Position numbers and translations under genes: made by a program
Shown: positions 30,279-39,101 of the stretch, piece after piece
Layout of the letters: every line of letters starts with the position of its first letter
Numbering within the stretch: position 1 is the first letter of the stretch
Source: Turneriella sp.
Lineage (GTDB): Bacteria; Spirochaetota; Leptospiria; Turneriellales; Turneriellaceae
Assembly (NCBI GenBank): GCA_965279515.1
Contig: CBDIID010000003.1
Location: forward strand, 3,168,001-3,232,000
Direction: 5' to 3'
DNA: 64,000 nucleotides
The notes under the pieces: model-generated
Databases searched by the model: none
The model's input: only the letters and a program-made list of their open reading frames with translations
Told to the model about the DNA's origin: nothing

Positions 30279-30745
30279 CAGGCATGTCCTTTGGCGCGCG
30301 TGTCATCGGTATGATCGACGAGATCTAAGAGCGGCGTGCGAACCAGGTGGTTCGGATCGTCGGAAACAAACTGGCTGCCGAGCTTCTTGGGGCGGTTCAC
30401 CAGTATTGGCCCCTGCAGGTTGATCGTCATGCTTTCGGGTTTGCCGGCAGGCACGGTGATGATACCCCAGATCTCCACCTCAGCCGGCTGGGAGGCTTCG
30501 ATGATGGTCAGGTGTTGTGTATTGATGTTAGGGACATACTTGGTCGTGATCTCGGGAATCAGGGTGACAAGAAACGCCAGCCGTGCCTCTTCGAGGGATT
30601 GCAGCCAGTGGAAGGTACTGCCCGACTTGGTGGGCAAAAGCGCGAAGTGGCGGAAAGCCTCAAACGCGAAAAGACCTTCCGGGAAGAAGATCTGCTTTGC
30701 GGCTTCTATCTCAATTTTACCGAGTGCGCGTGTTTCAAATTGCAT
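30278..30745 (-). CDS. fliW: Flagellar assembly factor
   Basis: [13 protein letters not shown] and [11 protein letters not shown]; adjacent to csrA. Confidence 0.93.
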   Translation of the reverse strand: MQFETRALGKIEIEAAKQIFFPEGLFAFEAFRHFALLPTKSGSTFHWLQSLEEARLAFLVTLIPEITTKYVPNINTQHLTIIEASQPAEVEIWGIITVPAGKPESMTINLQGPILVNRPKKLGSQFVSDDPNHLVRTPLLDLVDHTDDTRAKGHA

Positions 30746-30796
30746 TGTTTTTCCCTTTTTTAGGACTATACACTAAACTTGCGGTCTTCGGGGAAA

Positions 30797-31233
30797 AACG
30801 CAGAGTACGCTGAGTTACGCAAAGTTTCATAGTTGATGGGCAATCCGTTTCATGCCATTCTTCAGGCTTGTCACGTTAAAATTCAGGAGCAAACCAAGTT
30901 TCAGACCAGATAATTTAAGATATGTCAGCACCTGAGCTCCGTGTAATGGCAGCAATTTTTCAACTGCCTTGATTTCAAGTATCAGTGCATCTTCAATCAA
31001 TAAGTCGATCCGATAACCAGCGTCGATCTTAATTCCCTGATAACTCACTGGACATTCTACTTGCTTTTTAACTTTAATATCGTTCTTTGTAAGTTCATAA
31101 GCCAAGCATGCTTCATATGCGCTTTCGAGTAACCCCGGGCCTAGTGCTGTATGAACCTTCATAGCCGCACCGATTACCTTGCTGGAAAGGATGTTCAAGT
31201 CCACACTTTGCGTAACTCTGCGTCCTTTGCGTT
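30797..31233. mobile_element. Putative inverted-repeat-bounded GxxExxY cassette
   Basis: 29-bp inverted repeats (26/29 match) at 30797-30825 and 31205-31233 enclose essentially only the GxxExxY ORF; AT-richer than the flanks; interrupts flgL-fliW. Confidence 0.65.
30827..31204 (-). CDS. GxxExxY protein (PD-(D/E)XK nuclease superfamily)
   Basis: VHTALGPGLLESAYE, YRIDLLIE..ILEIKAV and QVLTYLK..GLLLNFN. Confidence 0.93.
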   Translation of the reverse strand: MDLNILSSKVIGAAMKVHTALGPGLLESAYEACLAYELTKNDIKVKKQVECPVSYQGIKIDAGYRIDLLIEDALILEIKAVEKLLPLHGAQVLTYLKLSGLKLGLLLNFNVTSLKNGMKRIAHQL

Positions 31234-32489
31234 TATCTTAAAAAATCCATCAGGGTTTGTTTGATGATGCCAGCGCCGACGCGCAGGGCATACGAGTGCA
31301 CGGCCTCGAGCCACTTGAGGTCGACGATCGATTGCGTTACGTCGACGCTTTCATTCTTCGCGAGGAGTTCCTTCGTATATGTGGTGTCCCACGCGACGCG
31401 CTTCTCATGCTGTTCGAGGCGGTTCACCCGCGCGCCCACCTCGGCGCGGTAGCGCAGTACGTTTTCGAGGGCGCTGTCGAGCGCCTCGAGGTCACGGCCA
31501 CCAATGAGTTTGGTATCGCCCTTAATGAGATCGTCGCGCAGCATAATCACGACTTCGAAAATTGAAAGACCCGACACGGTTGCCGTCGTGGCAAAATTGT
31601 TCGGCGGCTCGGGGTTTGTGCCGTCGATGAGACCCAGGTCCTGCAGAACCGTGCCGCCTTCTAAATCTTCGAGCCAGATCTGATGTGGCGATTTGGATGT
31701 CAGAATGAGGTCATCCTGCGAGCCCTTGCTGGCGCGCACTTCAACCGGTGCCGTATTGATTTTGTCGATGACGTCGTTGATGGTGTCGCCGGCCGAAACC
31801 TGGATACGCACGCCGTTGATTGCGATCAGCTGATCACCCTGCGCGACAAAACCCGAGGAGTCTTTGTTCGAGGCGATCGAGGTGTTGGTGCCCCAGAATA
31901 CACGGTTGCCGGGCAGCGTGATATCCATCTGCTCGCGGCGTTCGATCTCTCGGTTCTGCACCTGGATGTCGCCCTGGTACTGCACGCCGGTCACGGCATT
32001 ACCCTGGTCGATACCGGCAGTCTGCAAGTGCGAGTAGACGGGCAAGAACGGATCGCGTTCGATGATACTGCCGCCAAAGAGCGTGCGGCCTGTAGCGTCC
32101 TTACTGTTGGCGATATCGATGAGTGCGAGTAAGTGCTGGTTGATCTCTTTCGCCACGGCTTCTTTGAGTTCAAAACCACTGTTCGTGCCGTTCGCCGCCT
32201 GAATTGTCAGGTAGCGCATGCGCTGGAAAATTTCACCGACGCGGTCGATCTCGCCGTCCATGACATTGAGGCGGTCTTTCGCTTCACCGATGTTGCGCTC
32301 GTACTGGTCGAGCTCGGTGAGGCGTGTGCGGTAGAGCATTTGATTCGCCGCAGCAACCGGGTCTGACGAGGGCAGCTGGATTTTGGAACCCGTCGCGAGC
32401 TCGCGTTCGGTTTTTTCGAGAGCAACCTGATGCCTGTTCAAAGTCGACAGCATCGTGTTATTCTGCATGATGTTGGTTACGCGTATCAT
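31233..32489 (-). CDS. flgL: Flagellar hook-associated protein 3
   Basis: Flagellin-like termini (PSSDPVAA; RAEVGARVNRL; LMDFLR); downstream of flgK. Confidence 0.95.
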   Translation of the reverse strand: MIRVTNIMQNNTMLSTLNRHQVALEKTERELATGSKIQLPSSDPVAAANQMLYRTRLTELDQYERNIGEAKDRLNVMDGEIDRVGEIFQRMRYLTIQAANGTNSGFELKEAVAKEINQHLLALIDIANSKDATGRTLFGGSIIERDPFLPVYSHLQTAGIDQGNAVTGVQYQGDIQVQNREIERREQMDITLPGNRVFWGTNTSIASNKDSSGFVAQGDQLIAINGVRIQVSAGDTINDVIDKINTAPVEVRASKGSQDDLILTSKSPHQIWLEDLEGGTVLQDLGLIDGTNPEPPNNFATTATVSGLSIFEVVIMLRDDLIKGDTKLIGGRDLEALDSALENVLRYRAEVGARVNRLEQHEKRVAWDTTYTKELLAKNESVDVTQSIVDLKWLEAVHSYALRVGAGIIKQTLMDFLR

Positions 32490-32511
32490 AATTTATCCTT
32501 TCAAATTTCCC

Positions 32512-34419
32512 TTAACCCAGGTGATTGATTAACCTATCGAGCATATCGTTCATCGTCTGCATGATGCGCGCGGCGGCGTTGTAGCCATGCTGGAATGTCA
32601 CCATCGCCGCCATCTCTTCGTCGAGGTTGACACCCATGACGGATTGCCGCAGGTTCTCGAGGTTCGTCAGAATCAACTTCTGGTTATCCACCTGTTCTTT
32701 GGCGGTCTTGGATTCAATACCGGCTTTCGCGATGAGTGCGTTGTAGAACTCATCGCTGTTGCGGTGTTCCCCAACCATCGTTTCTTTGTGCCGCATTGCC
32801 TGCGCGATGCGTGTGGCGTTGCCGCCGTCTTTGGCGCCGAAAGCCATGTTCGCATCGCCAGTACCACCGACGTCTTTACCCAGGCCCGCAGCGATGAGTG
32901 CGGTGTTGCCCTCGACTTCATTCGACAGGTGCATTGCGCCAGCCGGATGGATGATCGAGGTCAGCGTAATGCGGTCGAGAGTCGACTGCAACTTATTGAT
33001 CTCGTCTGTGCGGCGGTAGTCAAAGGCTCCCGCGGCGCCCGAGTTCTGCAAGAGGCCTGAAAAGCCTGTCAAAAATTCACCCGAATCCTCAATGTGGCGG
33101 ATCATAAAATTGGTCAGGTAATTATCCGACGCTTCACGGCCCTTCAGCACCAGGTTGTTGTTGTGGTTGAGGTAGGCCACGACGCCGGCATCTGAGCGGT
33201 TGATCGCATGGATCACGTCGTTCAGCGACATGTCGGGGCGGTAGGTGACGTAGACCGGCGTATGCTCGGCGTCGTTCTTTACGAATGACATGGTACCCGC
33301 AACACCGATCGGGCGATCGGCAGTCAGCGCATTTTTACCCGCGACCTTGAATATCGCGCTCGTGTCATCGACGCCGTCGCCCGAGAGGTCGTAGTTGCCG
33401 CGGATGTTGCGCGATAGCGGATCGATGCGGAAGAAGTTGATATTGGTTTCTTTGGTGAGACCGAAACCGTCGCGGTGCACTTCGTTGACCGTGTCGTTGA
33501 GGTTGATCGCAAGCAAATCCATCTTCTCGATGTTCTCGCGGATCGTAATATCGCGCATTTCCAGGAGGCCCTGGGCGCTGCCCGAACGGAATAGTGCTTT
33601 TTGACCGTTATGCTCCCAAGTGGCCTTTTTCATGCCTTCATTGGCAGCATCACCCTGGATCAGAATTTTGTGCTGCACCCGGCCCTGCACGAGCATCTCA
33701 CCGCCGAGGTAGACGATGAATTCGTCGGGGTCTTGTTTTTCGAGCGTGATGTCGGCGAGCTTCGAGAGTTCCTGCACAATCGCGTCGCGTTTGTCCATCA
33801 GGTCATTCGGGCGATCGCCCACGGCCTGCGACTTCATGATGCGGTCATTGAGATCGCGCAGCTGTGATGCCATGTCGTTGATGCGGCCGACAGTGACTTC
33901 GAATTCGAAGTCTGCCTGGCGGCGCAGGTCTGAAAGTTTATTGAATGTGTCGCGCATGCGGAATGTGACTTCGCGGCCGCGTGTACGTACGAGCTCACGG
34001 TGGCTCATCTCTTCCGGGAACTGCGAGAGTTCCTGCCATGATTGCCAGAAGCGGTCGAGCTGCGCGCGCAGGGAGTCATCCGACGGTTCGTTGTAGATGA
34101 CTTCGACCTGGTGCAGGTATTTCTCACGGGTTTCCCATTGTGACTTTGTCTGCTCGGCGTTGTGGATGCGGCCATCGACAAACTCGTCGCGCATGCGCTC
34201 AACGGCGCCGGCTTTCGGGCCCTGACCCAACTGGCCCGCGCCCGCAGCGCGGTTGAGTGACGGTTCATAGAGAGGATGCATCGTCTCCATGTCGACACGC
34301 TGGCGTGAGTAGTTCTTGTTATCGGCGTTCGAGATGTTGTGGCCAGTGGTGGTCATGGCCTGCTGGTGCGTGGCGATTCCGCGCCGCGCGATCTCGATGC
34401 CCATGAAGGTAGATGGCAT
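32512..34419 (-). CDS. flgK: Flagellar hook-associated protein 1
   Basis: GHNISNADNKNYSRQR and GVNLDEEM..FQHGYNAAAR. Confidence 0.96.
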   Translation of the reverse strand: MPSTFMGIEIARRGIATHQQAMTTTGHNISNADNKNYSRQRVDMETMHPLYEPSLNRAAGAGQLGQGPKAGAVERMRDEFVDGRIHNAEQTKSQWETREKYLHQVEVIYNEPSDDSLRAQLDRFWQSWQELSQFPEEMSHRELVRTRGREVTFRMRDTFNKLSDLRRQADFEFEVTVGRINDMASQLRDLNDRIMKSQAVGDRPNDLMDKRDAIVQELSKLADITLEKQDPDEFIVYLGGEMLVQGRVQHKILIQGDAANEGMKKATWEHNGQKALFRSGSAQGLLEMRDITIRENIEKMDLLAINLNDTVNEVHRDGFGLTKETNINFFRIDPLSRNIRGNYDLSGDGVDDTSAIFKVAGKNALTADRPIGVAGTMSFVKNDAEHTPVYVTYRPDMSLNDVIHAINRSDAGVVAYLNHNNNLVLKGREASDNYLTNFMIRHIEDSGEFLTGFSGLLQNSGAAGAFDYRRTDEINKLQSTLDRITLTSIIHPAGAMHLSNEVEGNTALIAAGLGKDVGGTGDANMAFGAKDGGNATRIAQAMRHKETMVGEHRNSDEFYNALIAKAGIESKTAKEQVDNQKLILTNLENLRQSVMGVNLDEEMAAMVTFQHGYNAAARIMQTMNDMLDRLINHLG

Positions 34420-34441
34420 AGTTCCTCCTATTCCTTAGATA

Positions 34442-34987
34442 TTAGCAGTTCGCGTCGACGAGCATCGGGCGAGAACCGACACGCTCATGGTGCGGATGTT
34501 TCCCGGCGAGACTCGATAACATCGTTTTGAAAAGATCGCGGCTATCAATCAGCATGCTGGCGTTGAGTTCGCTAAGGCGCTTGAGTTCGCTGAGTGCGGC
34601 TTTAAGCGCCGTCTGGTAGCGGCCGAGCTCGGTTTTTTCCGGCGCGCTCACGGCGGCCGATTCGATGATTTCTGCGAGGCGCGGGTCTTGGTCGGTGTGC
34701 ATGATTTGGCGCGCGAGCTTGTCGCGCCGGCTTTCCAGAAGATCAATTTTATGGAGTTCCTTCGCCTGCTCCCCCGCGGATGTCTTCAAGAGCTCGCCGT
34801 TGCGGGCGATGATGGCCTCTTGCTTGGTCATCTCAAGCTGTATCAGCTTATGGTGGGCTGCCAGCTCATCCCTCAGAACCTCAACCAACTCGCCTACCGT
34901 AGGAGTTACGTCTGCCGCAAAGACGCCATCCTTGGCGGCGTCAGATCCTGCGCGTCCTTGCGCCTGGGACATAATCTGGGTTTTCAT
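34442..34987 (-). CDS. flgN: Flagellar export chaperone FlgN
   Basis: Helical protein directly upstream of flgK with the FlgN-like pattern KQEAII..LESRR..LNASML. Confidence 0.75.
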   Translation of the reverse strand: MKTQIMSQAQGRAGSDAAKDGVFAADVTPTVGELVEVLRDELAAHHKLIQLEMTKQEAIIARNGELLKTSAGEQAKELHKIDLLESRRDKLARQIMHTDQDPRLAEIIESAAVSAPEKTELGRYQTALKAALSELKRLSELNASMLIDSRDLFKTMLSSLAGKHPHHERVGSRPMLVDANC

Positions 34988-35033
34988 ATCTTAATATTCG
35001 GCGAATTTCGAAAGTACATAAGGAAATTAACTT

Positions 35034-35067
35034 TCCCTTGCCCCGGAATTAATTCCGGGGCAAGGGA
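35034..35067. repeat. Perfect 34-bp palindrome
   Basis: TCCCTTGCCCCGGAATT-AATTCCGGGGCAAGGGA. Confidence 0.9.
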
Positions 35068-35077
35068 GTGAAAACAC

Positions 35078-35112
35078 TTGACGACTTAAAGAGCCTTAGC
35101 TAAGCTTAGTCT
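35078..35112 (+). promoter_or_regulatory. Sigma70-like leaderless promoter with probable TA operator
   Basis: TTGACG-N17-TAAGCT-N6-ATG; palindrome CTAAGCTTAG overlaps the -10. Confidence 0.7.
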
Positions 35113-35349
35113 ATGTTACTATTTAACATCCACGATGCAAAATCTAATCTTTCGGGCCTGGTGGCTGACGTCGAAATGAAGCATGAAATCGTGATGCTCT
35201 GCCGTAACGGTAAGCCAGTCGCCCAGATCGTGCCGATTCAACCTCTGGGGTCGGCGCTAAAGCACAGCCCTAAACTCGGGAAGCTGAAGCTGCATTATAA
35301 TCCCATGGAAGGCCTTGCCGCTGACGAATGGCCGACCGAAGCCCGCTAA
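35113..35349 (+). CDS. Phd/YefM-family antitoxin
   Basis: NIHDAKSNLSGLV..RNGKPVAQIVP. Confidence 0.9.
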   Translation: MLLFNIHDAKSNLSGLVADVEMKHEIVMLCRNGKPVAQIVPIQPLGSALKHSPKLGKLKLHYNPMEGLAADEWPTEAR

Positions 35350-35361
35350 GTCGATCCACAA

Positions 35362-35748
35362 ATGCTGTTGCTGGATACCTGTGCGTTACTCTGGCTGGTC
35401 CAGGATTATAAGCAGTTACCGAAAAAAGTGCAATCGGCCCTGGACAAGCGGCAGGGTGCCATCTATGTTTCTGCTATTTCGGCATTTGAAATCGGCATAA
35501 AACACCAGAAGAAAAAACTGTCCCTGCCGCTGAAGCCGCAGCAATGGTTCGATGAAGTCCTTGACTTCCACGGTCTGACAGAGCTTCCCCTGACGGCTAA
35601 AATCCTGTTTGCTGCAACAGCATTGCCGCCGCACCATAACGATCCGGCCGATCGTATTTTGATCGCAACGGCGGCGTTTCACAAACTGACTCTGCTCACG
35701 CCCGACGAAGAGATTCATAAATATGCGGGAGCCAAACTTCTCTGGTAA
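35362..35748 (+). CDS. vapC: VapC PIN-domain toxin
   Basis: LLLDTCALLW, SAISAFEI, HNDPADRILIA and LLTPD. Confidence 0.93.
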   Translation: MLLLDTCALLWLVQDYKQLPKKVQSALDKRQGAIYVSAISAFEIGIKHQKKKLSLPLKPQQWFDEVLDFHGLTELPLTAKILFAATALPPHHNDPADRILIATAAFHKLTLLTPDEEIHKYAGAKLLW

Positions 35749-35788
35749 AAAACGGTTTGCTTCATCGGTGTAAATCCCACAGCAACCC

Positions 35789-37939
35789 ATGCCGGTCATC
35801 GAAGTAACCCCCGGGGTAAGCGTTCTGGACGCCGGGGGCAAAACCCTGCTGTTCGGTTGCCCACCCGAAGTCATCAAGCACCTGATGCTGAAGGGCATCA
35901 AGAGCCCCGAAGTCATTGTGATTCCCGATACCCCGTATCGTTTCGATGTTTTGCAAAACTGCACCGAGTTTCCGCTCTATTATTTTCTCTTCGTCGAGCG
36001 CAATTTTATGGCGGGCAAGAAGCTGACGATTGTTGGTACGGCCGCGCATCTCAAGGCGAACCGTAAGCTGTTGCGGCTGACCCTGCTGGGTCCGACGCGC
36101 GCAGAGTATGATGCGCTCGGAGCGAACCCGGCCTTCGACGAACTCTTCCGTGAATCACGCGCGCTGGCGATCAAAAACAAAGAAGGCCGCGAGCTGACGA
36201 TCGATGATTTTGTGAACTTCATTCCCTTCAAAGAAGGTATCGCCGATGTCGACGGCGTGCGTATCGAGCATGCCGGCAAAAATATCTACCGCGCCGGCGG
36301 CGAAAAGATCGACATCAACTTCAACACGCCCCAGCTTCCGCCCTACGACCTGCGCTATGACTTCGTGACGACGCATCCGATTCACTTCGGTGCGACGGTC
36401 TTGGGGGGCGCTTCGGGTTTTATCGCCGACAAGCCCTGCTCGGGTCTTTTGCTGCACTACAACTCAGAAAACATGCTCGTAGACTGTGTGCCCTATCTCG
36501 AGCAGGCGTTGAATGCCAGGGGGATGTCCACCACCGAGATCCGTTCGATTTACCTGACGCATATCCACGACGACCATTGCAATATTTTTCCCCTGCTACG
36601 CCTCTCGAACCGTGTGCGTTTTCTCGCCACCAAGGAAATCTTTTGGATGGCCATGACCAAACTCTCGCTGCAGACGATGTTGCCTTACGAAGACCTCAAG
36701 GACATGTTTGAGTTCACCGAGGTGCACCCCGGCAAAACCACCGAATTTTTCGGTATGTCGATCGAGCCGCACTACACGGTGCATTCGATTCCGACGATCG
36801 GCGCCACTTTCCGTATGAAAGAAGGCAACCAGACGCGGAGCATTGTCTTCATCGGCGACAATAAATCTTTTGCCGACATCGAGAAGATGGTCGAGGGTGG
36901 GATTGTCCGCCCTGAAAAATTTGAAATCCTGCGCAGCCGTTATACCGACCGCCACGACGTACTCTTCGCCGACGGGGGCATGGGCATTCTGCACGGTGAC
37001 CCGCGCGATGCGCTGGGCTCTCACTCTGACCGTATTGTCTTCATGCACCTGGAGAAATTGCCAGCCGAATTCGACGCCACGTTCTCGCATGCCGCGCACG
37101 GCAAGCGCTACAATATCATCCAGGGCAGCTATGACTCTTACATCATCCGCACGATGCAGATTCTGACCGATTCGTTCCGCAATATCTCGCATGAGTGGAG
37201 CGCGGCGCTGATGAATAATTTCCGCATTGTGACTTTTAATTCGGGTGACATTATCTTTAAACAGAACGAAGCCTCGAAGGGGCTCATCTACATCATTCTC
37301 GCTGGTTCGTGCAGCGTCATGGTGCATGACGGCAAGACGCTCTCTGAAAAGGCGCGCAAAGAGGCAGGCGACTTTGTGGGCGAGATGGCCGTGCTCGATG
37401 AGAACAAAGTCCGTTCGGCCTCGATTGTCGCCGCGACGCCGGTAACGCTCTGTGCCATCGATGAAAACCTGTTCCACGAATTTCTCATTGCCGAAGACCG
37501 CACTGAAGAGATGCGGAACCTCTGGCGTTCGCGCTCTGAACTCGAACGTTTTGCCCCCTTCAATGAGTTTTCTGATAACGTCAACGACCGCATCGCACGT
37601 AATTCTATCCGCATGCGCGTTGCGGCGGGTGAAACCCTGGTAGAGCAGGGCAAAAACGACGGTGAGTTTTTTATCATTCTCTCCGGATCTTTCCGCGTCA
37701 CGCATAACGGGGTGGAGGTCAACACGCTGAAACCGGGTGATATGTTTGGCGAGTACGGCTCGCTGGCTGATACCGCCCGCAACGCCACCGTCACGGCAGT
37801 CGTCGACAGTATCGTGCTTGAAATTGCGCGCGGGGAGATCCGCAAGGTTGTCGAATCGGCGCCGATCTTTCACTTCTGTATGCGCGAAATCATGATCGGG
37901 CGTTCGAAAGAACTCAAACGCATCAAGGCTTCAGCGTAA
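35789..37939 (+). CDS. Metallo-beta-lactamase-fold hydrolase with two C-terminal cNMP-binding domains
   Basis: THIHDDH, HSIPT and GD motifs; FVGEMA..RSASI and FGEYG..RNATV cassettes. Confidence 0.85.
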   Translation: MPVIEVTPGVSVLDAGGKTLLFGCPPEVIKHLMLKGIKSPEVIVIPDTPYRFDVLQNCTEFPLYYFLFVERNFMAGKKLTIVGTAAHLKANRKLLRLTLLGPTRAEYDALGANPAFDELFRESRALAIKNKEGRELTIDDFVNFIPFKEGIADVDGVRIEHAGKNIYRAGGEKIDINFNTPQLPPYDLRYDFVTTHPIHFGATVLGGASGFIADKPCSGLLLHYNSENMLVDCVPYLEQALNARGMSTTEIRSIYLTHIHDDHCNIFPLLRLSNRVRFLATKEIFWMAMTKLSLQTMLPYEDLKDMFEFTEVHPGKTTEFFGMSIEPHYTVHSIPTIGATFRMKEGNQTRSIVFIGDNKSFADIEKMVEGGIVRPEKFEILRSRYTDRHDVLFADGGMGILHGDPRDALGSHSDRIVFMHLEKLPAEFDATFSHAAHGKRYNIIQGSYDSYIIRTMQILTDSFRNISHEWSAALMNNFRIVTFNSGDIIFKQNEASKGLIYIILAGSCSVMVHDGKTLSEKARKEAGDFVGEMAVLDENKVRSASIVAATPVTLCAIDENLFHEFLIAEDRTEEMRNLWRSRSELERFAPFNEFSDNVNDRIARNSIRMRVAAGETLVEQGKNDGEFFIILSGSFRVTHNGVEVNTLKPGDMFGEYGSLADTARNATVTAVVDSIVLEIARGEIRKVVESAPIFHFCMREIMIGRSKELKRIKASA

Positions 37940-37992
37940 TTTTTTTGACGGTTAAAAAATTCCATGATATTTTTCCTGACGGAGGTTTGAAA

Positions 37993-38475
37993 ATGAAAAA
38001 ACTGGTTATCTTTACAGTCTTAGCACTTGGGCTTGCATTACCGCTATCGGCCGGTCCTAAAAGTCGCGTGGCGGGCGACCTGCAGAAGCTGCTGGCCCTG
38101 CACCAGGCAGAAATGCAGTCACTTTTTGCCGGTATGGGCACGGCCGAAACTGCGCTGCCGGCTTTTTTCTGCGATGTTTCGTTCACCGGCGAAAAGCAGG
38201 TAGAGAGCTTCCTGAGAAACGTCTCGGCTTCAGCGCCGCAGGGACAGATGTACAGCCAGGTGAGCTTTACGCAGTTCGTGTCGATCAATGGCAATATGCG
38301 CAGCGTGTCTTACAATCTTGTGAATAACGGCGGTAACGTGACGTTTGTGAAGAGCGCAAACATTAACGGCCAGATGCTGAAGGCAGTCTATGAGTTTGAT
38401 GCGGCCTCGCGCAAGCTGAAGACCGGCACCTTTGACGGCAAAAAGCCGATCAAGAATTCGGAATATTCGATTTAG
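37993..38475 (+). CDS. Secreted hypothetical protein
   Basis: GGAGG then ATG 37993; signal peptide MKKLVIFTVLALGLALPLSA. Confidence 0.75.
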   Translation: MKKLVIFTVLALGLALPLSAGPKSRVAGDLQKLLALHQAEMQSLFAGMGTAETALPAFFCDVSFTGEKQVESFLRNVSASAPQGQMYSQVSFTQFVSINGNMRSVSYNLVNNGGNVTFVKSANINGQMLKAVYEFDAASRKLKTGTFDGKKPIKNSEYSI

Positions 38476-39101
38476 TAGCGATAACTAAAACTCATCCCCT
38501 GGATGAGCTCACTGTTGCGCCCCGCCAGGCTGAAGTCGGTGATCTGTTTCATGTAAACCTGCGCGCGCGCGTCGGCGAAATAATCGAAGAGCAATAGTAA
38601 CACCGCGTCGATGGCGAGGCCAATACCAATGCCCGTGGTGAGGTCGGCCTTTTGTGTGACGCCGATGACGGTTGTAGCGACGCCGCCGGCGAAAATGGAA
38701 ACTTCAGCGAACTTGAGAATTGTGAACTGGGTAATCACCCGGTCCATGCGCACACCCTCAAACCTCTTATAATCGGCTGGCGTGTTCTCGAGTTGTTTCT
38801 CCAGCTTTTCGAGCTGGCTGTCCGTGCGCAAATAAACGCCGCCCCCAACGGCAAGGCCGATGGCGCCGATACCGATGAGCGAATAGCCGATGCCCTTGCT
38901 CATGTCGCCCTGTGTCACGAGATAAGCGCCGGTACCACCCGCAACTAGGGCTCCACCCATGCCGACGAGCGCCGCGGTCTTTTCCTGGTCGAAATAAGAG
39001 CGCATCGCCTCGCGCATCGTGTCCTTGCCGGTGGCTGGTTTCTCTTCAGCGACGAGAGCCGAGCAGCAAATAAGGCTCAGGAAAACAGTTCTAATCGTCA
39101 T
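38472..39101 (-). CDS. Hypothetical membrane protein
   Basis: Signal peptide plus about four hydrophobic segments; coupled to the upstream ligase. Confidence 0.75.
   Translation of the reverse strand: MTIRTVFLSLICCSALVAEEKPATGKDTMREAMRSYFDQEKTAALVGMGGALVAGGTGAYLVTQGDMSKGIGYSLIGIGAIGLAVGGGVYLRTDSQLEKLEKQLENTPADYKRFEGVRMDRVITQFTILKFAEVSIFAGGVATTVIGVTQKADLTTGIGIGLAIDAVLLLLFDYFADARAQVYMKQITDFSLAGRNSELIQGMSFSYRY

Noticed and set aside
36596..37873. 425-aa antisense ORF
   Set aside because: Shadow of the MBL/cNMP gene with no recognisable motifs
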